Below, piece after piece: positions 53,137-64,000 of a stretch of 64,000 nucleotides of DNA. Source of the stretch: Eledone cirrhosa (lineage: Eukaryota); NCBI GenBank assembly GCA_964016885.1, contig CAXHJY010000589.1, forward strand, positions 62,001 through 126,000, written 5' to 3'. Made by a program: the position numbers and the translations under genes. How positions within the stretch are numbered: position 1 is the stretch's first letter; each line of letters begins with the position of its first letter. The notes below the pieces were generated by a model. The model was not told where the DNA came from. It searched no databases and was given only the letters and a program-made list of their open reading frames with translations.

Positions 53137-53597
53137 ATTAACACTTAGAATTTAATATTCTATCATACTATTTCATTATAATACCATTATATATATTTTA
53201 AAGGATTGTAAATAAAACGAGTAAATCAGACAAAGTTGGAATTCCTCTTATTAATATATATATATATATATGCATGTGTGTGTGTGTGTGCGTATGTGTG
53301 TGTACACGTGCCTCCTGGTGGAGTTGTAGAGGGCGTTGTAACGACATACAGCGTGTCTTGGGCATTTTTAAAACCTCGTCGGAGACCATCCTCTCTCTAG
53401 GTATTAATATAGCGGATTTCTTCCAGAGAGAGAAGGGGGTAGAGAGGAGAAGAGGGAGAAAGAAGAGAGAGAGAAAGCAAATAGAAGAGAGGAGAGAGAG
53501 ATATACAGAAGAAGAATCGTTAGGTACGCTTAAATCCCCAAATCACGCTAGAAATCCTAATGTAGGACCTTCAACATAAACCAAATGAAATGCATAC

Positions 53598-53729
53598 CTT
53601 GTAAGATTGGACATAAACGCCAAGCCTTGAGTCCAGTAGTTCCAGTAAACTGACCAACTGCTACTTCCAGGAAAAATAACGGAACACCACCAATAATTAC
53701 ACATAAGAAATATGGAATCAAAAAGGCAC
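53598..53729 (-). CDS. SLC6 exon (TM2): GAFLIPYFLCVIIGGVPLFFLEVAVGQFTGTTGLKAWRLCPILQG
   Basis: tttcag acceptor, G|gtatgc donor, 132 nt, phase 1-1; canonical GAFLIPY...GxPLFxLE..GQ motif. Confidence 0.95.
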
Positions 53730-53779
53730 CTGAAAAGAAAAGAAAATAGAGAAAGGATAACATGTGGAGAAAAGGGAAG

Positions 53780-54050
53780 AGTTATTTATGGTTTAGCCAG
53801 GAGAATTAGACTGGCTATGGCCTTCACAAGTTATTTATGGTTTAGCCAGGAGAATTAGACAGTGGCCATGGCCTTCACAAGCTATTTATCGTTTAGCCAG
53901 GAGAATTAGACAGTGGCTATGGCCTTCACAAGTTATTTATGGTTTAGCCAGGAGAATTAGACAGTGGCTATGGCCTCACAAGTTATTTATCGTTTAGCCA
54001 GGAGAATTAGACAGTGGCTATGGCCTTCACAAGTTTTTATGGTTTAACCA
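53780..54050. repeat. ~51-bp minisatellite, ~5 copies, just upstream of the 132-nt exon acceptor
   Basis: GTTTAGCCAGGAGAATTAGAC recurs every 49-51 bp. Confidence 0.9.
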
Positions 54051-54404
54051 GCCTTCCAAGACTCCGTTAAATTTGACCCTCTTTAATCCTCTCTTTTGAT
54101 ACCGGTTTTTCTGAACAGGTTCACGTCGAAGATTGTAATTTATGCATCCAATAAACTATGAAATACATTCAACGTTTGCGTTTGACAAAAGGTGACTATA
54201 ATAGAAATTACTAAGGCCTCTGAGACTGGTGGGAGTAATTTATGTTAAAACCGGAAATCTAGCCCGAATACTTGCCACAAAATGGCCTCTGTTAAACCTA
54301 CCCCAAAACTCTGGTGGTAGCTTTGTGTTTGAAATCGATATTATTTAAATGATGATTAGAATTTTTAAAATATAAACACTCAGATGTTTTTATTTCAGTT
54401 TGTT

Positions 54405-54575
54405 TCGTTAAGTCAACTCTCTTGTCTCGTTAAGTCACCTCTCTTGTCTCGTTAAGTCACCTCTCTTGTCTCGTTAAGTCACCTCTCTTGTCTCGTTAAG
54501 TCACCTCTCTTGTCTCGTTAAATCACTTCTCTTGTCTCGTTAAATCACCTCTCTTGTCTCGTTAAATCACTTCTC
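54405..54575. repeat. 22-bp minisatellite (CGTTAAGTCACCTCTCTTGTCT)n
   Basis: Direct inspection. Confidence 0.9.
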
Positions 54576-56827
54576 CTGCCTTGTTTCATGGTGTTTGACT
54601 CTTTACATTCACCAGTTTAAATCTTTACGAAACTTTCATAAAATGACCAAATTTTATCCGAAATATTTAAGCTTATCAATCGTTAAATTTATTTTAATCA
54701 TATATCTATCATCTACTTTATCTACTTTGATTTCTCCAGTTTTCATTAACTATCAATTCTCATGGCAATAGTTAGGTTTCTTCATTATCAGATTCTAAAC
54801 AGATTATTTCGTTTTAGTAAACAAAATCAGAGTAATGGCATCCAAAATCCGATGTTTATATTTTGGTTTTACAATTGTAATGTGAACATCAAATTCAGTT
54901 ATAAAAACAGTAAAGGATACTGCCCAATATTTGAGTTCCTTGCTAAAGCTGAGAGCAACTATTGTTTACAATAAACATTCCACGTTATATACAGAAGAAT
55001 TATCTCCAGCCTACTTTCTAAGATTTTAAAAGAATAACGGTTACTTTCAACTAAACTATTAGATAATAATAGACTTCATGCATTTCTTCTTGAACTCATA
55101 CATTTAATTGAAAAAGAAAACACTACCAAAAACCACAGCTATTTCCTCATATTCCTCGCTCTTTAAAAGAGAAAATGCTATTCCTATTATCAAAGATATC
55201 CTTCTCAGAAAACGAAAAATTCGAAACTTTAAGCATGAATGATATATTTCATGTGTATTTGACATAATTACCACACTTTATTTAGATAGTTTGATTTATC
55301 TTAGTTTCGTTTCTTTCTCTTTCCATAAATTCTAATTGCAGGCATTAAATGGTCTTGCAATCTAAATGTTTGATTTTAACGATAACTGATCTATCATTTG
55401 TAGAACATCCGGTTCAGCATTTTAGAGAAAGAAATAAGTTTTTGGTAAACCAGATACGTAACCCAGTTAGTTTCAATCGTCAATTAAAACCATTTTACGT
55501 TGACTGTCATCGTTGATTCTCAGAAAAAGGCATAAACATCACACACTCTCATTACCCACCTCTAAAGACATTATAACATTGTGCCTATGTAAGAAATTAT
55601 TAATAAAACATGTTCTTATGTGAACGGACATGAAAACTTAGGAGACCAATTTTATAATGAATGAAATTCAAGTATGCTGATAGACGAAGACAGTTATAAT
55701 TGAAAGTCGTTGAGAGAGCATGTTACAAAGCTAACAACGTGAAGTTTAAGACATCTTTTTAAGCAAAAATATTTTGTAAGTGTTTTTATGGTGATTAAAA
55801 ATAAATTAACTTTTTTTTTTGTCTGAAACATTCTGGGTTTCACCTAATATTCGTTGTAGTCCAAAGAAGCAACAGGAAAAGACAGAAACTATAACTTTCT
55901 ACTAAATAGTAATATGAGAATAATATAGTTTGAAATTGATACAATAAGTATCAAATAATATGACATTCCTTCGAAGACACACTTAATCTCTACTGTAGAA
56001 GTGGATATGGGATAGTGTATAGAAAGGATTGGTTGAAGCATTTTAACAATTAATTCAACAAACGTCTAGAAAATATTGTATCAATGTCACAACATATCGT
56101 ATTTCCATATTTCTAATTCATGCTTTTATATGTACTAATATTACTAATATGTGTTCTGTGTTAATGGATGTTCTAAAAGTAGCTAACTAAAACCACTAGA
56201 CTTATGTTTTCTTCCGTCTACTCATTGACAAATTCCAATCAATCCAAATTCTTTTAGCGTCCGGTATTCAGTACACCAGGCGGCGTATTGGCATAGTCGT
56301 TAGAACGTCAGATAGAATGCTCTGAGTAGAGCAGATTTTTTTTTCCAGAAAAAAGATAAAAAGTGAGACAGAGATATAGGGGAAGAATCGACCCCAGTAC
56401 TAAACTGGTACTTTTTTTTATCGACCTCGAATGAATGAAAGACAAAGTTGACCTCGGCGGGATTTAAACACAGAACGTAAAGAACCATAATGTAAAGAGC
56501 CATAAAGCAATTTTATCCGACGTTCTAACGACTCTGCCAATTCGCCGCCCCCCTACAACATTAACAAATCTTCAGTCTATATTGACCCGTCATTTGATCT
56601 GACGTTTCTACATAAATCAACGCACATACCAGCTTCATTATCTAAAATATGTTGCTTCCGGAGAATCAGATGTTTTTATAAACGCATAACTGCATCAACC
56701 TATTGCGCCATTCTTCACGTTTTGTTCTTACTTTAGCACATTTCTAGCTTTAAGTGATAAAAGAATTTTTGTTGTTATTTAAATATATATAGATATATAC
56801 ATATATACTCACACACATATACGTATG

Positions 56828-56859
<32 letters not shown>

Positions 56860-57074
56860 TAGATATATATATATACATATACACATATATACATATACAC
56901 ACACACACACACGTATATATATATATACACACACACACACACATATATACATACACACACACACACACATATATACATACACACACACACATATATACAT
57001 ACACACACACATATATACATACACACACACACATATATACATACACACACACATATATATATATATATATACAT

Positions 57075-57112
<38 letters not shown>

Positions 57113-57157
57113 ACACACACGCACATATATATATATATACACACACGCACACACGCT

Positions 57158-57203
<46 letters not shown>

Positions 57204-57585
57204 TATATTTTATGTGTTATTTCCTGTTTATAGTGGGCGGTGATAGGTGTTTCTTTTTATAACTTATAGAATGAAAAGAATCTTTTCGCGAAGAAATCCG
57301 TACTTTCTTATTACTATCTTATAGACGCCATTGTCTGTTTTATATCTCGCGATAAATCAGCCATATACATACGGTTATTTTATCGTTAGGTATAAAACAT
57401 GAAATAAATAGAATGTTTTTTTCAGGATTGGATTTACTACACTTTGGTGGGTGTGATGTTTTTTATTTTCTATCTAGAAATATATATATATAGGGTAGAT
57501 ATATATATACATATATATCTATGTCCCAATTCTCTAAAACCATCAACACCAAATACCTAGAGCTGGCATATCTAAGAACTTACTA

Positions 57586-57641
57586 ACTGCCTGATGAGGT
57601 CATAGCCATACAATGGCTATCATCGAAATATATATAGCGGT
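57586..57641 (+). ncRNA. Type I hammerhead ribozyme
   Basis: actgc CTGATGA ggtc atagccat-aca-atggctat catc GAAA tatata TA gcggt; palindromic helix III; between (TA)n tracts. Confidence 0.88.
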
Positions 57642-57683
57642 AAATAAAGGATTATGAGATCATACAATTGACTTATGTTTCGT

Positions 57684-57722
<39 letters not shown>

Positions 57723-57854
57723 AACAAGTAAGACCCCGACGGCTGAGCTCAAGCCGTTGGGGTCTTACTTGTTCCTATTACCCACTCTACTACCCTAAGT
57801 ATTGAGTACTTTGGTGCGTTATGGTCCACCTGGTTACTTACCACATTTCCTTCG

Positions 57855-58197
<343 letters not shown>

Positions 58198-58282
58198 AAA
58201 GGTAAACAGAAAAAAACAACACAATCGGTACAGTATATGGAAGGTATATATTAGGTTAACGCTTGATATAGCAGGAAGAGGG

Positions 58283-58318
58283 TCTTAACGTTTCGGACGC
58301 TAGTCCTTAATCAGAAGA
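58283..58318 (-). ncRNA. Second copy of the 52641 minimal hammerhead with core mutation CTGATGA to CTGATTA (likely inactive)
   Basis: The surrounding 58195-58390 is nearly identical to 52553-52735; the substitution hits catalytic G8. Confidence 0.75.
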
Positions 58319-58417
58319 AAGAATGAGAAATAAAATAGATTAAGGGGACTGGCGGCATGGAATTGGAAAAAATGTCTTTAGATAAAAATAATATCCATTC
58401 ATGTTGACATCTCTTTG

Positions 58418-58457
<40 letters not shown>

Positions 58458-58553
58458 ATAATAATAAATTTGAAGACTAAAATCCAAAGAGCGCTCGATA
58501 AGGATAAATATATATCAAATATATAAGAACCCTAGAGCAAATCTAAATTTTTA

Positions 58554-58613
58554 TTCGTTCTGACGACTGAAGACATATAAATATCTGTCCTCAAGAAACC
58601 ACTGGTAAATGAA
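58554..58613 (+). ncRNA. Type I hammerhead ribozyme
   Basis: ttcgtt CTGACGA c tga a gaca...tgtc c tca a GAAA ccactgg TA aatgaa; GUA site. Confidence 0.78.
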
Positions 58614-58888
58614 ATAATTATCTTATGTTGTTTATTACATAACTAAAAAGCTCTGTAGCCTACATAGAGCACTCTCTTTTCCTTTACCTTTCCTACGGAA
58701 ATACTTCATTTATATATATATATAGGAAAAGAGTCAGGACCCCGACGGCTAAGCACCGGCCGTTTCGACAGCTATTTCTGAACTACTCAGTCGTTGGGGT
58801 CCTGACTCTTTTCCTATTACCCACTCTACTACCCATAGTATCGAGTACTCTGGTGCGTTATGGTCGACCTGGTTCCTTCCTTCCTTCG

Positions 58889-58939
<51 letters not shown>

Positions 58940-58944
<5 letters not shown>

Positions 58945-61900
58945 GAGAGGAGGCACCCTATAACCTCGTCCTTCAAATCTACACACCCTACAACAACATC
59001 AGCAGGGCTTAATACAACCACACGATACAACCTAAACTCAACAACCACCACAGCTATACACCATCTTACAACAACAGCAGGAGCCAATACAACTATAAGA
59101 GACATCCAAACTTCAACAGCCATCACAACTTCCGTAATAATTTTTTATACACAGCACACAGACACAGGATCACAAGATAACACAAAACACACAGGATCAC
59201 AAGATAACACAAAACACACAGGAAACACAAAATGCAATAAAAATTGTAACCTCCAAAGAATTAACAACAGACCAAATCAACATACTCTCCAAAGGTCTAA
59301 AATTTACATCAACTGCCCAACAACCAAACTACCCCGAAATGAAGGAAGATATTGCAGAATTCTGTAGAAAACTAAGACTCAGCGAACAACTATACAACAA
59401 ATACAATGAGGATGACTCAATAGCCAGAAATAGAAGCAACTCCACCCCACCAAAAGGCAAGAATAAATTCCTCGATCAATTCTGCGAACACATTACTAAT
59501 TACCCATACCACCACCTACACAGACATAAACAAAAACCAAACCTAAGCAAAAAAGAATGGAATGGTCTTAACAGTCTAAAAAACGACAAAACCCTAACAA
59601 TCAAAGAGGCAGATAAATGGAGACAGATTACTACACGACTCTCGTACTCTCAATTCTAGAAAACCAAACATATTATGAAAAGGCCCAACACTACACACAA
59701 CAGAAAATAATGAGAAACCTAAAATCCCTAACAACCCTTTACAAAGAAGGCCTTACAGACAAGGAATACAACTACATCACCAATTTCAAAAGCAGAACCA
59801 GTCTCTTCTATGGTATCCCCAAGACACACAAAAGCGAAGTAATAGGCAGGGCCTGCAAGCAAGCCACAGACGTTTACATCAATATAGTCCCTACTGATGA
59901 CCTTAAATTAAGACCCATAATAGCAGGCACCACATGTGAAACCCATCGCCTGAGCAACTTCCTAGATATTCTGCTTAAACCTTTCCTTAAACATATAAAA
60001 AGCTTCATAAGGGACGACCTTGACATACTCAACCACCTCCCAACAACACTCAATAACGAACATACTCTACTAGTAACCTTTGATGTCATCAATTTATATT
60101 TCAATATCCCACACAACCTAGGTATAGAGGCAATACAATTCTGGCTTGAAAATTTCCCTAGGGAACTTCCACAGCGCATCCCTAAAGAATTTGTGTTGGA
60201 GGGACTCAAATTCATCTTGGAAAACAATTTCTTCGAATTCAATGTCAAATACTACAGACAGAAATCTGGGACTGCCATGGGCACGAAAATGGCCCCCTCA
60301 TATGCCAACCTTGTCATGGGATATTTGGAAACCATTCTCTACCGCAAAGTTCTAGAAAAATACGGCAACCACTTCTACCAACACATAGAAAAGAACTGGA
60401 AGAGATATCTAGACGACTGCTTCATCCTCTGGCATGAAAGTATAGATAGACTGTTTGAGTTCAAAACCCTTCTGAATGAGCTCAACAAAAACTTGCAATT
60501 CACAATGGATTACAGCCATGAACAACTCCCTTTCCGCGATATCCTCATCAAGAAAACAAGCAACAAAATAGAAACAGACATATACTACAAACCCACAGAC
60601 CCCCAAACAATACCTTCCATTCAACTCGTGCCACCCTCGACATACCAAAATAGCAATTCCTTATAACCTAGCCAGAAGGATCTGCACAATAGTTTCAGAT
60701 AAATACACATGCTACACACGACTAGAAGAATTAAAAAACACACTTATCAGCAGAAACTACCCACCATCCCTAATCACCAATGGATTCTAACGTGCCCTAA
60801 AACTAGACATCCAGGAACTCAGACACCCCAAACCCAGGAGTGAACCGCAACAAAACACTCTACCATACATCTCCACACACAACCCCCTCAACAATGAGGC
60901 ATTCGATACCATCCTCCAGAACATTCCTTTACTAAAAAGAGAACAATATCCTCCAAACACACAACATCATAAAGAGCTAAAGACAACCCAAATCCATAAA
61001 AAACATCCTCACACAAGCCAAAATCCAACAAACCTTCACAATAAACCCTACAGTAACAAAATGCAGAAGGCCCAACTGTGGCATATGCATAAATCTAATA
61101 CAAGGTTCAACATTCCATTTTAAACAAGGACAACGTTTCACAGTTAAACACAACTTTATATGTGCATCTGAAAACCTTATCTATGTTTTGACTTGCTCAG
61201 GTTGTCTAGAGCACTATATAGGACAGACAAAAAACAGCTTCCGTCAACGTATGACTGTCCATAAATCACAAATTAAAATACAGGAATACAGAAAGATTGC
61301 ATTTAGTGAACATATCGCCAATTGTGCTCTCAACCAACTTCCAAACTTTAAAATTTTCCCCATTTACAAATTCATAGATAACGCTACTTTCATCCAACGC
61401 ACCAATAAGGAAACACATTTCATTAATAAATTTCAACCAGTACTCAATGCCCTGAAATTCGGACCTTTCTAAAACTGCAACAAACCATCAAATATTTACA
61501 ATAGTTACCTCCCTCACACCCTACCTAATCGTTTTTCTTAAATAAATTAAATATCACCCAGCAAGAATTGCTTCCCCTGCATATTAACTCTCTAAAAAGG
61601 GAAATCATATCAAACCTCAGTCCACCATTTGCCTCCTTCACGGAACCATGGTTCAACTAAACACTCTTGCAATATTAACACATTTTGAACTGCTTAACTT
61701 CAATGACTATGCTTGTAAATAACATTAACTTTTCTTCCACATTGACTTTTTACGTTCCACATTATGCACGTTTTTTTTTCCTTTTTCTTTTTTCCTTTCA
61801 CTTCTTAAACCTTGTTTGTATATAACATTATTCTTTCTGCACCTTCTGTTTAACATGTGCGACACCACATTAATACATTTCACTATCATTTGATAATGCA

Positions 61901-62044
61901 TATAAATGCAGAAACCGGTAATAGACAATAATTAAATATATAAATAGATAAATAAATGCCATTGTTAAATAATAAATACCTCAACTAATACCTTAACACT
62001 TCACACAAAGTAAAACATTTCGTTTTAATCATTTTCTAACCCAG

Positions 62045-62045
<1 letters not shown>
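58940..62045 (+). mobile_element. Penelope-like retroelement (RT plus C-terminal GIY-YIG), near full length, decayed; probably Neptune/Poseidon type
   Basis: A/C-rich coding strand flanked by (TA)n and (GA)n tracts; contains the disrupted RT-EN ORF below; element ends are approximate. Confidence 0.9.
59339..61472 (+). pseudogene. Disrupted Penelope RT-GIY-YIG polyprotein
   Basis: Motifs FCRKLRL, NLS..E...L..L...I.ADK, FYGIPKTHK, LRPII, FDVINLY, GTAMGTKMAPSYANL, RYLDDCF, YYKPTD, CRRPNCGIC, NLIYVLTCSGC..YIGQT..RQRM..H. Frameshifts near 59617 and 60601 and an in-frame TAA at 60788-60790. Confidence 0.92.
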
Positions 62046-62088
<43 letters not shown>

Positions 62089-62384
62089 GAGAGAAAGAGA
62101 GAAAGAGAGAGAAAAATTTTCTTCCTCATAATCGTCTCTTTCTCCCCGTTTTCATATATATATATATGCATGATATATGCAGACGGATGGTGCAGTGCAC
62201 CTTACTGCTGCATTAGTGCGGCCGAAACTCGAGTCCGGGAACCATTATAGGCACCCGTTTTACGTGTGTTGTGTTGAAGCGAATAACTTTGTGTATACTC
62301 TGGGAATGTATCTTACATTGTCAATGGAGTACGCTGAGATACAACCGGTCCTGGCATTGATAAATATGCTGGGTCCGTCAACTC

Positions 62385-62418
<34 letters not shown>

Positions 62419-63424
62419 ATACAATAACAGAGATAGTTTAAAGCTAAACTCTGACTGGTAACCATCTCACTCAACAAACATTAGGTTATATTTAAATATA
62501 AACCCAATTTAAGTGTTTGGGGTGCTAACAATATGTATAATGTGGAAAAACCAGTTGTATTATTTTATGAGATATAATTAAAGTTAAAGTATATCTCTCT
62601 TTCCAAACAATTGTTTCATTATAAGTTTTCTACAAGTTGGGAGAATGTTTCCAGTTTATGTAGAAGCCTAATATATATTCATGTAAGAATATATTTAGGT
62701 GGGCACTTATAAATCATCAGTGGAAGCCCGTTAAACTTTGATATAAGAAAATAATTTCTTACCGCTGTCAAAAATCGTGTCCGTAAAGTTGCTCCCTCTC
62801 GCCTCGAATGACCGCCAAATTTGAAATTCCAGCAGTTTTTGACTGAGGAAGTATCATAGCGACACGAAGTGGGAAGGGGAGACAACCCACGATCCACGAA
62901 ATGAGGAAAAAAATAATAATATATACACGCGGGTTAATTAGTTTTTTTGAAAACATTATCAATCCAACGTGTTTAAGAACTCAATTGAAAATAAAAAAAA
63001 TAAATATATGCTTGTACAAACTACATACGCATATAGATATTTTCTTAGGCTAAATCAGAAGTTGTACCCGAATAAGAACCGCTTCTCATATCCGCAGTAA
63101 ATGCAGAAAGATATGTTATAAAGGGCAAATGGGAATATAATTCTCCGGCCGAATTAAGAGTAAAATATAAAACACACGCGGGTTAATTAGTTATTTCAAA
63201 ACCAATATTAATTCCTCGTGTAAAGAACTCAATTAATAAAAGAAAATAAATATATGCATGCAACTATATAGGTAGGCATACATATATATTTTCTTAGGCT
63301 AAAAAACAGAGAAGTTACAACCAAAAAAAGCCACAATATTTCACAACAGTAATAAATACGGAAAGTCAAATTCATTAGGTACCTGGAAATAAACACCTCT
63401 GATATATCTATATTTATACATATA

Positions 63425-63755
63425 CAGTCGTTCCCCGGTATTCTTGGGGATTGCGTTCTTAGTGCACCCGCAAAGACTGAAAAACCGCGAATAATGAACG
63501 TGGTCCATAAAAATGCCTATAAACGTAAAAATATAACATAAAATATAATTTAAAAAAAAGAAGGGAGCGTCTTATGCGAAGGGGTGTCCAATAGGCCAGC
63601 AAATACGGTATATTGTTATTAATTTAGCGTTAAAAAAGTATTGCCACGAAAAAAGACCTTTAAAAAAAATCAAGGAAGATATTTACGATTCTGCGAGTTG
63701 GGTTCTAATGAAAATTCTGCAAATAACTGGGACCGCGAATGCCGGGGGTACATTG
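63425..63755. mobile_element. Tigger/pogo-like MITE containing a Tc2-like end fragment
   Basis: TA|CAGTCGTTCCCCGGTATTC ... GAATGCCGGGGGTACATTG|TA imperfect TIRs; internal GCGTCTTAT...AAATACGGTA. Confidence 0.6.
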
Positions 63756-64000
63756 TAGGGGGTATACTGTAGGGGTATATTGTAGGGGGTATACTGTAGA
63801 GGGGTACACTGTAGGGGGTATATTGTAGGGGGTATACTGTAGGGGGGTATATTGTAGGGGGTATATTGTAGGGGGTATACTATAGGGGGTATATTGTAGG
63901 GGGTACACTGTAGAGGGGTACACTGTAGGGGGTATATTGTAGGGGTATATTGTAGGGGTACACTGTAGGGGGGTATATTGTAGGGAGTATACTGTAGAGG
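63744..64000. repeat. ~14-15-bp G-rich minisatellite (GGGGGTAYAYTGTA)n running off the window
   Basis: Direct inspection. Confidence 0.9.

Larger units (their letters stand above)
52871..53258. repeat. Inverted repeat, ~185-bp arms (inverted pseudo-LTR)
   Basis: 52871-53055 vs 53074-53258, near perfect; a hammerhead in each arm; abuts (TA)n. Confidence 0.9.

Overview
AT-rich, microsatellite-dense metazoan genomic DNA. The repeat families resemble those of coleoid cephalopods (Octopus-like; this is an inference). The window is mostly the intronic body of one minus-strand SLC6 (NSS, Na+/Cl- dependent) transporter gene of the GABA/taurine/creatine subfamily. Seven GT-AG exons of 132, 262, 133, 135, 104, 125 and >=108 nt splice in frame and encode TM2 to TM8; the TM1 exon and the 3' exons were not found in the window. 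The introns hold tRNA-derived SINEs, RTE and CRE-like LINE ends, Helitrons, MITEs, a ~4 kb 37-bp satellite, several minisatellites and decayed Penelope-like elements (RT + GIY-YIG). The most notable unannotated layer is at least 12 complete type I hammerhead ribozyme folds, plus remnants. They have palindromic helix III and sit in short Penelope pLTR-type inserts at (TA)n tracts. Two pairs form long, near-perfect inverted repeats, and most intact copies are antisense to the host gene. All structures were folded by eye; none was computed.
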